Program-made: the position numbers and the translations under genes
IMG/VR virus record: IMGVR_UViG_3300032288_004022
Location: 31,572 to 95,571 of that record
Reading direction: 5' to 3' (one strand)
From: a virus
Length of the DNA stretch: 64,000 nt
The notes under the pieces: model-generated
What the model was told of the DNA's origin: nothing
The model's input: only the letters and a program-made list of their open reading frames with translations
Databases searched by the model: none
In this document: positions 17,986 to 26,713 of the stretch, piece by piece
Numbering within the stretch: position 1 is the first letter of the stretch
Layout of the letters: each line of letters begins with the position of its first letter

Positions 17986-19008
17986 ATGAGTGCAATTCGT
18001 GTTTTGCGTGGTGTGTATCGCAATCAGCCTGTGCAAGATGTTTCGTTTACTCTTGTCAAAGGGTTTCAGACTGGTGCCAAAGGCGGGTTTGTTACGGTAA
18101 AAAATGAGGGACAGTTCCCCGGTTTTGCACCCACCATCCGTATTACCATTGACAACATCGCTGACATCGAGTATACTAACGGCATGACACAAGACAATAC
18201 CGTACATTTTGAGAAGCCCGCCCCTGTTGCGGAGTCCGATGAAGAAGCAATGACTCGTATCCGCGAGCGTTTTGAAATCCTGACTGAAATGACCAAGGCC
18301 ACTGTGAGCGGCGACATCCGTGCCATGATTGTGTCGGGGCCCCCTGGCGTTGGCAAGAGCTTTGGCGTTGAAACCGAAATTGAAAAGGCTTGCCTTTTTG
18401 ACAAACTGGCCGGCAAGCGACTGCGTGCCGAAGTTGTCAAAGGCTCGGCTACCCCGATTGGCTTGTTCCAAACCCTGTACAAATACTCGGATGAGAATTG
18501 TGTTATTGTGTTTGACGACTGTGATAGCATTTTGCTGGACGACGTGGCTCTTAACTTACTGAAGGGTGCTCTTGACTCCGGCAAAAAGCGTACCATTTCG
18601 TGGTTGAGTGAGAGCAGTGCTCTGCGCCGCGAAGGTATCCCGGATCGTTTTGAATTCAAAGGCTCGGTGATCTTTATCACCAACTTGAAGTTTGACAAAA
18701 TGAAATCGCAGAAATTGCGTGATCACTTGGACGCACTGCAATCGCGCTGTCATTATCTGGACCTGACCTTGGACACCATGCGTGACAAACTGTTGCGCAT
18801 CAAGCAGATTGCCAAGGACGGTGTGCTGTTTGCAGACTATGACTTTGAAGAAGCTGTGCAAGACGACATCATTGACTTCATGCATGTCAACAAGGATCGA
18901 CTGCGTGAAGTGAGCCTGCGCATGGCGCTGAAGATTGCAGACTTGCGTAAGCTGTCTGTGCTGAACTGGAAGCGCCTGGCAGAAACCACTTGCATGAAGA
19001 CTGCCTAA
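17986..19008 (+). CDS. Early P-loop (AAA-like) ATPase
   Basis: Walker A GPPGVGKS, Walker B IVFDDCD, FITN sensor, ALQSR arginine finger; AAGGAGCC RBS. Confidence 0.85.
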   Translation: MSAIRVLRGVYRNQPVQDVSFTLVKGFQTGAKGGFVTVKNEGQFPGFAPTIRITIDNIADIEYTNGMTQDNTVHFEKPAPVAESDEEAMTRIRERFEILTEMTKATVSGDIRAMIVSGPPGVGKSFGVETEIEKACLFDKLAGKRLRAEVVKGSATPIGLFQTLYKYSDENCVIVFDDCDSILLDDVALNLLKGALDSGKKRTISWLSESSALRREGIPDRFEFKGSVIFITNLKFDKMKSQKLRDHLDALQSRCHYLDLTLDTMRDKLLRIKQIAKDGVLFADYDFEEAVQDDIIDFMHVNKDRLREVSLRMALKIADLRKLSVLNWKRLAETTCMKTA

Positions 19009-19054
19009 ACACGATAGAGTTATACTGGGCATTGGTTGGCTCCGGCCCAGTTTT

Positions 19055-19087
19055 AACAGGTACCCCTAAAAAGGTACCTGTTTTTTT
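19055..19087 (+). terminator. Rho-independent terminator
   Basis: AACAGGTACC-loop-GGTACCTGTT followed by a T run. Confidence 0.85.
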
Positions 19088-19114
19088 GACTTTGTCCAGC
19101 AATAAGTATATAAT
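19086..19114 (+). promoter_or_regulatory. sigma70-type promoter, probably giving a leaderless mRNA
   Basis: TTGACT-17-TATAAT; ATG 6 nt after the -10 box, no SD. Confidence 0.7.
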
Positions 19115-19120
19115 AATAAC

Positions 19121-19660
19121 ATGTCTGAACAAATACTAGGAAAATCTGTAACCGTGATTGCCCCAACCAATCTTTACAAGTGGGCAAGAGTCTGGGGAAG
19201 AATCCAAAAAGGATATTATCAAGATACTGTTTATCTTCGTAGAGAAAAACAGATAGAAGATTTTGTGATCCTTAATCAGTTTGCAAATCTCTACATCGAA
19301 AAAGACACTGACATTTTAGAAAATTTAACCTCGGTAGCACAGCCCAACCAAGCCGATTTGATCATAATCACCGATCAAAAGTTCAGCAGATTGCCATGTC
19401 CTGCATTAATTGACAAGATTGAATCCTTGCTTGATCAGTGCCCGAGAATGTTTGTTTGCCTGAACAGGCACTACATCAACATTGACAGTAGTTTTGTTGA
19501 TCCAACAGTTGATGATCATTACCCATTGGCAATTACTCAATGGCTTGTTAAAAATCTACCCACAGCTAGAGTATTAGATTTAAGCTTGGATTATTTAGAC
19601 TGTGGCGATTGGTTCACTTGGGTAGTGCCTGACAGAATGTATTTTATAGAACGCACATGA
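19121..19660 (+). CDS. Hypothetical protein
   Basis: 179-aa ORF coupled to the next gene. Confidence 0.7.
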   Translation: MSEQILGKSVTVIAPTNLYKWARVWGRIQKGYYQDTVYLRREKQIEDFVILNQFANLYIEKDTDILENLTSVAQPNQADLIIITDQKFSRLPCPALIDKIESLLDQCPRMFVCLNRHYINIDSSFVDPTVDDHYPLAITQWLVKNLPTARVLDLSLDYLDCGDWFTWVVPDRMYFIERT

Positions 19661-20340
19661 GATTGGTTGAACAAATATATTCGTCGGAGCACAAAGAAAA
19701 TTTTCAAACACGATATATCAAGTATCGTGCTGGAAGATTAAAGCATCAGTATTGGTTATGGAATCGAAAAAGATCCAACAAAGTAATTGATCAATATGAT
19801 GCTAAAATTTTAAAAAATTGCAAACCGGGAACCATTGCATTTTTTGCAAGCGCCGGATACTACCTCAAAGAAATTTGGCCGCATATAGACTCGTTAGAAA
19901 CACACCCAGTAGTCAAAGAGTTTTGTCCCAATGTAATCTTGATCAAATCAAGGCAAAAACTTTTACTAGATACGCCAAACAAATATGATAATTTTGCTGT
20001 GGTAAACAATCGCGGTGATCATTGGGTCAATATTGATGGTCTTACACAGCATCTGTTGGCTTATACACAGATTCTCAATCCTGGTGCCAGAGTATTTTAC
20101 AGTTTTAGAGACACACAAATACAATACAATAGATTAAAAGTAGACAGTGTTGAATACTTTATGTCTTGGGCCAAGAGTCTTGACAAGATTGGATTAACTC
20201 TGGCCCGGTCTGACATTGCTTTTAAAAAGAAAGTCAAGGACGGGGCCGGGAATTATGATGCCTTCGAAAATCCCGATACTGTCAACGGCAATTTGAAATT
20301 CTGGTTTGTGTATAAGGGACAGCCGTGGAACATCCAGTAA
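19657..20340 (+). CDS. Hypothetical protein (possibly a degenerate methyltransferase fold)
   Basis: 227-aa ORF; ILNPGARVFYSF resembles methyltransferase post-motif II. Confidence 0.6.
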   Translation: MRLVEQIYSSEHKENFQTRYIKYRAGRLKHQYWLWNRKRSNKVIDQYDAKILKNCKPGTIAFFASAGYYLKEIWPHIDSLETHPVVKEFCPNVILIKSRQKLLLDTPNKYDNFAVVNNRGDHWVNIDGLTQHLLAYTQILNPGARVFYSFRDTQIQYNRLKVDSVEYFMSWAKSLDKIGLTLARSDIAFKKKVKDGAGNYDAFENPDTVNGNLKFWFVYKGQPWNIQ

Positions 20341-20843
20341 TAGTTTGTTTTGTTGGTGGCACTGCTGGTGATATAGTTACCCAAATTTTAGATCCAGCCG
20401 AATTATGTTTGTCCAGACAAAAATTAAAAAAACCTCATTTGTTTGTGAATGACCAAGACAAAGATTTGTTTCTTAACACAGCAAAATGGAACAGTGTCCC
20501 TAGTCATGATTTTGATTATCACCGAACACACAATCACAATGTGCTGGGCATAGTATGCCGATACATGCCTGACGCTGTATGGGCGGCAACAAGATTCAAA
20601 AAACTACACAGGCCTCATGTGTGGAAAGAAATGACTGTATTTTGCGGAGCAGACACAGTGGAAGCGTATGCTCAAGCAATCTTGGATTTTGGTAACATGC
20701 TTGCAGACTACACCAGTAATGTGTTATATTTAGATGATGTCATCAACGGCAACGCAGTGCATCGCATTCAAGAATTGGGATATCAAACTCCAGGTCAAGA
20801 TTGCTACGACGAATGGATCAACAAAATCAAAAATCTTTGTTAA
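20325..20843 (+). CDS. Hypothetical protein (possibly sulfotransferase/P-loop-like)
   Basis: N-terminal VIVCFVGGTAGD, SH motif. Confidence 0.55.
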   Translation: MEHPVIVCFVGGTAGDIVTQILDPAELCLSRQKLKKPHLFVNDQDKDLFLNTAKWNSVPSHDFDYHRTHNHNVLGIVCRYMPDAVWAATRFKKLHRPHVWKEMTVFCGADTVEAYAQAILDFGNMLADYTSNVLYLDDVINGNAVHRIQELGYQTPGQDCYDEWINKIKNLC

Positions 20844-20861
20844 AGTTACAAGAAGCAACTC

Positions 20862-22331
20862 ATGAAAACGTGTACCATAATATTAAAAGATGAAGTAAAT
20901 ATCCGACTGGAAGGACTAGATCTAGATGCTCGCAAGGCCTTGGTCACGGCTTTTAAATATGATGTACCTTATGCTAGATATCTTCCGGCAGTGAGACTGG
21001 GACGCTGGGACGGAAAGGTCTCGTACTTCCAACTTGGTGGTAGCAGTTATACAAACTTGCTGCCCGAGATTGTTCCCATACTTGAGAAGTTCAATTACGA
21101 CATTGAACTGGATGATCAAAGAGATTACTCCACCACATTTGAGTTTGAACAGGTGCGTGAAGACTCATTTGCACATGTGAAATGGCCCAAAGGACATCCT
21201 GCCGCTGGTGAACCCATCATGATGCGCGACTATCAAGTTGAGATTGTCAACAACTTCTTGGCCAATCCGCAATGCCTGCAGGAAGTGGCCACAGGTGCAG
21301 GTAAAACCATAATGACAGCGGCCTTGAGCAATGCTGTTGCGCCGTATGGACGCTCAATCGTTATTGTGCCCAACAAGAGTCTTGTGACACAGACAGAAAA
21401 AGACTACATCAACATGGAGCAGGATGTGGGTGTGTTCTTTGGCGACAGAAAAGAGTGGGGTCGTACACATACTATTTGTACTTGGCAGAGTTTGAATGTG
21501 CTGTTGAAGAATACCAAGGCCGGGGTTGGTGATTGTACCATTGACGAGTTCCTAGAAGGGGTGGTGTGCGTTATTGTAGACGAAGTACACATGGCCAAGG
21601 CAGATGCGCTGAAAACCTTGTTGACTGGGGTGATGTCTAGAGTGCCAATTCGCTGGGGTTTGACTGGAACCATACCCAAAGAGAAGTTTGAAAGCCAGGC
21701 CCTGTTGGTGGGCCTAGGTCCTGTGATTGGGCGCCTTAGCGCCAACGAATTGCAACAACAAGGTGTTTTGGCCAACTGTCACGTGAATATTGTGCAGTTG
21801 GTGGATCACGTGGAGTACAAAGAGTACCAATCAGAACTCAAATACTTGCTGGAAGAGTCGGGCCGATTGGATACCATGGCTGACCTCATACGCCGAGTAA
21901 ATGAAACAGGTAATACTTTGGTGCTCGTGGACCGAGTGGCCGCAGGACACGCATTAGTAGAACGCCTGGGTGATCGCGCTGTGTTTGTATCGGGCGCAAC
22001 CAAAGCAAAAGACAGACAAGATGAATATGATGAAGTTGCAGACAGCACTGACAAGATTATTGTGGCTACCTATGGTGTTGCCGCTGTGGGTATTAATATC
22101 CCTAGGATTTTTAATCTGGTTCTTATTGAGCCCGGAAAAAGTTTTGTCCGTGTTATCCAGAGCATTGGCCGCGGCATAAGAAAAGCAGAAGACAAAGATC
22201 ATGTTCAAATTTGGGACATTACTAGCACCTGTAAGTTTGCCAAACGACATCTGACCAAACGCAAGCAGTTCTACCGAGAAGCCAACTATCCATTCTCAGC
22301 AGAAAAGTTGGAGTGGATGAAAATTGCTTGA
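20862..22331 (+). CDS. uvsW: SF2 DNA helicase UvsW
   Basis: RDYQ, ATGAGKT, DEVH, GLTGT, QSIGRGIR; GRWDGK N-terminal motif. Confidence 0.92.
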   Translation: MKTCTIILKDEVNIRLEGLDLDARKALVTAFKYDVPYARYLPAVRLGRWDGKVSYFQLGGSSYTNLLPEIVPILEKFNYDIELDDQRDYSTTFEFEQVREDSFAHVKWPKGHPAAGEPIMMRDYQVEIVNNFLANPQCLQEVATGAGKTIMTAALSNAVAPYGRSIVIVPNKSLVTQTEKDYINMEQDVGVFFGDRKEWGRTHTICTWQSLNVLLKNTKAGVGDCTIDEFLEGVVCVIVDEVHMAKADALKTLLTGVMSRVPIRWGLTGTIPKEKFESQALLVGLGPVIGRLSANELQQQGVLANCHVNIVQLVDHVEYKEYQSELKYLLEESGRLDTMADLIRRVNETGNTLVLVDRVAAGHALVERLGDRAVFVSGATKAKDRQDEYDEVADSTDKIIVATYGVAAVGINIPRIFNLVLIEPGKSFVRVIQSIGRGIRKAEDKDHVQIWDITSTCKFAKRHLTKRKQFYREANYPFSAEKLEWMKIA

Positions 22332-22356
22332 CTTTCCAAGATCAAAACTGTAAAAT
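22328..22356 (+). promoter_or_regulatory. sigma70-type promoter, probably giving a leaderless mRNA
   Basis: TTGACT-17-TAAAAT; ATG 6 nt downstream, no SD. Confidence 0.6.
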
Positions 22357-22362
22357 ACAACA

Positions 22363-22863
22363 ATGAGAATACTTACTCTTGACAACGTCTATTATGATTT
22401 AAATCAACTGCCCGAAGAAGTTGATGACATGCGTTTTGCTATCTTGGACAACAGCAATCCACTGGACCCCGACTATCATTTCATCCCACTGATTTTTCTG
22501 GAATCGTTCAATGCTCCGGCCCTGGTACTGCGCATAGGATCAGACACAATCAAAATGCCCATGGATTGGCAAATCTTGATTGGTGAGCCCGACATTGGTG
22601 ATCTAGAAGTGCTGCCACTGACTTCAATAAACGATCGCGGCTTCAAGGTATTTCAATTCAATCCACTCAGCAGCTACAGACCCAGTTTCCCCAGTATTGA
22701 AATCTTGGATGTGTACCATGAAGTCAACTGGTACGCACCCAAACTAAAGAACGGGCAGATGTTGGCAGTGCCGCTCAATGATGATCCCGAACCTGACTGT
22801 GTGTACTTTGTGAAAGATGTGAGTCGCAATTGTGAAATAGTCAACTACAACAAGGCTTGGTAA
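22363..22863 (+). CDS. Hypothetical phage protein
   Basis: 166-aa beta-rich ORF after uvsW. Confidence 0.75.
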   Translation: MRILTLDNVYYDLNQLPEEVDDMRFAILDNSNPLDPDYHFIPLIFLESFNAPALVLRIGSDTIKMPMDWQILIGEPDIGDLEVLPLTSINDRGFKVFQFNPLSSYRPSFPSIEILDVYHEVNWYAPKLKNGQMLAVPLNDDPEPDCVYFVKDVSRNCEIVNYNKAW

Positions 22864-22864
22864 C

Positions 22865-23212
22865 ATGGAAAACCTAATAGTCAACACAAACGACGTTGGC
22901 GGAGTCGTGGTCAAGGACAACGACACCTACATGCTCAAAGACAACACCACTTTGAAACATCTTGTGCTCAGTAGTACCAAGCTTTATCGTGGGCAGCAGA
23001 CTCGGGGGCACAGACATCAGGGTCAAGAAGAAGTGTATTTCTTTGTTCAAGGACACGGACGCATGATTGTGGGCAACGAAGATAGTGAGCCGTTTCAGGT
23101 AATGCCAGGAGCAATTGTGCTGATTCCCGATGGTGCATTTCACAGAGTGATCAACGACGGTGACATCAACATGATCTTTAACTGTGTGTTTCAAGGCACA
23201 AGGAATCACTAA
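22865..23212 (+). CDS. Cupin domain protein
   Basis: H.H..QEEVYFF..G.G and IPDGAFHRV motifs. Confidence 0.85.
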   Translation: MENLIVNTNDVGGVVVKDNDTYMLKDNTTLKHLVLSSTKLYRGQQTRGHRHQGQEEVYFFVQGHGRMIVGNEDSEPFQVMPGAIVLIPDGAFHRVINDGDINMIFNCVFQGTRNH

Positions 23213-23484
23213 TGGGCAGTCTCCGGCCTGGCGCCACATACATCTATGAGCGAGCAGATGGTGTTGTGTATGCTCGAGAGTCAGGTGCAGACCCCAGCAC
23301 AAGACAGGTAATTGGAATGGATTACGATCCAAGAACCCCTGACCGACGTCCTTTGCATGATCACATCTCTGAAGACAAATTGTGGGGAGAAATACGGCGA
23401 GCTGCCCGCACCAATCCCACTTTACAGGATGCACTGAACCGCGCTATAATGATTTACCAACTGAGTAAAACCAATGATGCCTGA
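23212..23484 (+). CDS. Hypothetical protein
   Basis: Coupled ORF (TAATG). Confidence 0.7.
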   Translation: MGSLRPGATYIYERADGVVYARESGADPSTRQVIGMDYDPRTPDRRPLHDHISEDKLWGEIRRAARTNPTLQDALNRAIMIYQLSKTNDA

Positions 23485-23716
23485 AGAACAGGAAGCACAC
23501 AATGAGTGGAACGATGGCCGCACAAGGTGGAAATACAAGACCTTGACTTTGCACGAGGGTGAGCTGACTGACCAACTCACCACACATGGAGTGTTTGGAT
23601 GGGAACTGGCAGCAATGCACCCTGACAAAAGAAACAATTCTTCTGTAAATTGTTTTATTGTGGTAATGAAACGCCCTTTTTGGTTCGAACAGCCGCCGGA
23701 GCCATCCAATGAGTGA
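23474..23716 (+). CDS. DUF4177-like small protein
   Basis: WKYK...L...G..GWEL.....MKRP pattern. Confidence 0.55.
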   Translation: MMPEEQEAHNEWNDGRTRWKYKTLTLHEGELTDQLTTHGVFGWELAAMHPDKRNNSSVNCFIVVMKRPFWFEQPPEPSNE

Positions 23717-24155
23717 TCGACTAAGCATTGCCAATGAAATGCGACAGTTTGACCGCAAGGCAAGATCATTCTATGACGACTTGACTCCAGAAGAGCGCAA
23801 AAAGTTTTCAAACTACTTGATGATACGTTGGGGATCATCTGTGGAAGGATCACGTGAACTACAAGAGTTCTATGTGATTGCCACCAACGAGCGACTGAAC
23901 AAATACTTCTTTGATGTCAGCCGGCATCCCAAACTACAATGGCTCATGGCCACTAGTGTGAGTCCTGGTATGGGCACGCCAAGACATCCGTGGATTGCGC
24001 CAAAGAAAAAAGAAGCAGGACTCAGCGCCAAACGCAAGGCCTTGATGGCCATGTATCCCACCTACAAAGATGATGAGATTGATGTCATGGCGCAAATAAC
24101 AACTCAAAAAGAAATTGACGCATACAACCGAGCTGCGGGCAACGACAAGAAATGA
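23709..24155 (+). CDS. Clamp loader small subunit-like (T4 gp62-like)
   Basis: FSNYLMIRW, N..LN, HPKLQW, R.PWIAPKKK pattern; replication context. Confidence 0.55.
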   Translation: MSDRLSIANEMRQFDRKARSFYDDLTPEERKKFSNYLMIRWGSSVEGSRELQEFYVIATNERLNKYFFDVSRHPKLQWLMATSVSPGMGTPRHPWIAPKKKEAGLSAKRKALMAMYPTYKDDEIDVMAQITTQKEIDAYNRAAGNDKK

Positions 24156-24826
24156 CATTCACGTGCGAGTTTTGCAAAAAAGAATTTGCTAGAGAAACGT
24201 CAATAGCAGTTCACATGTGTGAGCCCAAACGCAGACGCTTGGCTCGAGATGAACCCGGAGTGCGCATGGGTTTCCAAGCCTACATTCGATTCTATGAGAC
24301 CATGCAAGGCAGTGCAAAAAACAAAACACACGATGATTTTTGTGAAAGTTCATACTACCGGGCATTTGTGAAATTTGGAAACTATTGTGTAAACACCAAT
24401 GTTGTTGCACCTCAACGTTTCATGACCTGGCTGCTGAAAGCACAAAAGAAAATTGATCACTGGTGCAGTGACAAAGTTTACACAGAATACTTGATTGAAT
24501 ACCTGCGTGTGGAAGCAGTGGACGATGCCCTGGCCCGTGCAATAGAACACAGCATGCGTTGGGCAGAAGAAACAGGTAACCCTGCACATGACTGGATGCG
24601 GTATGGCAACACCAATAGTCTATGTTATGCTGTCACAGCCGGACGCATAAGTCCCTGGGTGATTTACAATTCAGAATCAGGACAAAAGTTTCTAAGCGAA
24701 CTCAGCACAGAACAAGTAGCCATGGTATGGCCCTACATTGATAGTGACGCCTGGCAAAAAAAGTTTGTTAACTACCCAGCAGATCAAGAGTACGTGAAAG
24801 ATATATTAAACAAGGCAGGATGGTAA
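24152..24826 (+). CDS. Hypothetical protein with an N-terminal zinc finger
   Basis: CEFC...F......HMC. Confidence 0.7.
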   Translation: MTFTCEFCKKEFARETSIAVHMCEPKRRRLARDEPGVRMGFQAYIRFYETMQGSAKNKTHDDFCESSYYRAFVKFGNYCVNTNVVAPQRFMTWLLKAQKKIDHWCSDKVYTEYLIEYLRVEAVDDALARAIEHSMRWAEETGNPAHDWMRYGNTNSLCYAVTAGRISPWVIYNSESGQKFLSELSTEQVAMVWPYIDSDAWQKKFVNYPADQEYVKDILNKAGW

Positions 24827-24827
24827 C

Positions 24828-25175
24828 ATGATTAGAAACATCACAGCAGGCCTGGGCATTCACATTTCAGGCAATAATTACAGCACACCTTACGTTGACA
24901 TGGCTCGACCCAGTGCGGGCATGGTTCGATGCAACGGATCAAGTATTGAAGTATACGATGGATCAACCTGGTTAATGCTGAGTTCAAATATTCCACAGAT
25001 TGAACTAGACGGAGTGACACAGGAAGCTATTCAGTGGGTTCGGCGTAAAATGGAAGAAGAAAAACGAATGTTGGAGTTGGCAAAAAAACATCCAAGTGTA
25101 GCAGATGCATTGGCAGCGGTGACTCATGCTGAAGAACAAGTTCGAATTGTGGCGGCATTGGTAGACACAGCATGA
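24828..25175 (+). CDS. Hypothetical protein
   Basis: 115-aa coupled ORF. Confidence 0.7.
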   Translation: MIRNITAGLGIHISGNNYSTPYVDMARPSAGMVRCNGSSIEVYDGSTWLMLSSNIPQIELDGVTQEAIQWVRRKMEEEKRMLELAKKHPSVADALAAVTHAEEQVRIVAALVDTA

Positions 25176-25723
25176 GTGCAGACATTGACATTGACTTTGC
25201 CAACAGAGAAACTGTGTTGAAATTGATTCAGCATGTTCCTGCACGACAAAGCAACGGAAGACGTCACAATTCTGGTGTGTATGTCACAGATATTCCTGTA
25301 GACCCTGTAAATGGCTGTGCAGCCATAGACTATGAATCAGCCGAACAGCGCGGCTACTTCAAACTGGACTTTTTGAACATGAGTGTGTATCAGTTGATTC
25401 GTGATCAACAGCACTATGACGAAATGTTAAACACAACACCTCCATGGTCAAGACTGTGGACAGATGGACCTTGGGCCTCTCAACTGGTACACGTGGGCAA
25501 TTATACAGACTTGCTACGAATGATGAAACCAGATTCGATACCCAGGATGGCTGCTTTTATCTCAATCATTCGCCCGGGCAAAGCACATCTACAAATGAAA
25601 CCCTGGGCCGAAGTATTTGCCACGGTATGGGACGGCGATGACTCACAGGGCTACACATTTAAGAAAAGCCACGCAGTTTCCTACGCGGCTCTTGTGGCCT
25701 TGCACATGAATCTCACCAACTGA
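25172..25723 (+). CDS. Miniature DNA polymerase III alpha (DnaE)-like protein
   Basis: DIDIDF, HNSGVYV, GYFKLDFL, IRPG, GYTFKKSHAVSYA in DnaE order within 183 aa. Confidence 0.75.
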   Translation: MSADIDIDFANRETVLKLIQHVPARQSNGRRHNSGVYVTDIPVDPVNGCAAIDYESAEQRGYFKLDFLNMSVYQLIRDQQHYDEMLNTTPPWSRLWTDGPWASQLVHVGNYTDLLRMMKPDSIPRMAAFISIIRPGKAHLQMKPWAEVFATVWDGDDSQGYTFKKSHAVSYAALVALHMNLTN

Positions 25724-25724
25724 T

Positions 25725-26102
25725 TCAGTCCATTCTTCGCACCAGCGTGATTGATTTGCGTTTGGATTTTTTTCGCACAATGTCCAGCAAACTGCATGCC
25801 GGACCGTGCAGGATTTCTAGATCTTTGTTGACAAAAGTGCGTAAGGTGTAGCGGAACTGTTCCCAGTCATTGCGCAGGAATATGTTGATGGGGATTGAGC
25901 GATTGCTCTCCCACCACCATGTGCTGGCCAGTTCTAAAAACAGAATCTTGGAATTCTGATCCACCACAGTCCCAAAATCGTAGATCGTGGTCACAATGTC
26001 ATCTCTGTTTTGCACAATGCCCACGTATTCTGTGTTGGCGTACACACAGAGTGTGATAAAGGGATATTTTTCTGTCAATTTTTCAAATATATTGTTACCC
26101 AT
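25725..26102 (-). CDS. Hypothetical phage protein
   Basis: 125-aa ORF, WWWESNRSIPINIFL. Confidence 0.7.
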   Translation of the reverse strand: MGNNIFEKLTEKYPFITLCVYANTEYVGIVQNRDDIVTTIYDFGTVVDQNSKILFLELASTWWWESNRSIPINIFLRNDWEQFRYTLRTFVNKDLEILHGPACSLLDIVRKKSKRKSITLVRRMD

Positions 26103-26191
26103 GCCGCGTCTATTTTAATTCTTACTAAATATAGGTGTAGTTCGCGATACTGGAAATATCCAACTACTCTATGATTGAAAGGAATCACAGC

Positions 26192-26710
26192 ATGACTACT
26201 TATACCAGAAACAGTCCGCCGGTTGGATACTATGTATACGCTTACCTGAGAGAAGATGCCACGCCTTACTACATTGGAAAAGGCACAGGATCACGTGCAT
26301 GGGCAGATCATAATTTAATCGCTGTTCCACCAAACAACAGAATAGTAATAGTTGAACAAAATCTAACAGATCTTGGTGCCCTAGCGATTGAAAGACGACT
26401 AATACGCTGGTACGGCAGAAAAAATATTAAGACAGGAATTTTACGAAATTTCACAGACGGAGGAGATGGATCTGAAGGAAGAATAACGTCGGACACCACA
26501 AAACAAAAAATCACTAGTGCAAAATCTGGCAAGAAACGAACAGATACTGTTTGGAACAAAGGTGTTAAGTATGGCCTCGAAATTAAGCGTAAACTTGATA
26601 TTTCAGGATTGGCAAAAGGACAGGGGTGGAACAAGGGAAAATCACTAAGCGAAGAGCATAAAGCAAACCTCAAGAAGGCATGGGAACGACGCAAGGCAAC
26701 CGCTAAATAA
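26192..26710 (+). mobile_element. Free-standing GIY-YIG-like homing endonuclease with NUMOD3-type C-terminal repeats
   Basis: YVYAY...YYIGKG...R, E..LI..YG, L.N.TDGGDG, WNKG repeats, SEEHKANL. Confidence 0.8.
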
Positions 26711-26713
26711 TAG

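Noticed and set aside
17962-19032. Long antisense ORFs over the ATPase (also over 33785-34528, 55197-55724, 57129-57755)
   Set aside because: Shadow frames of well-supported plus-strand genes; no RBS or motifs
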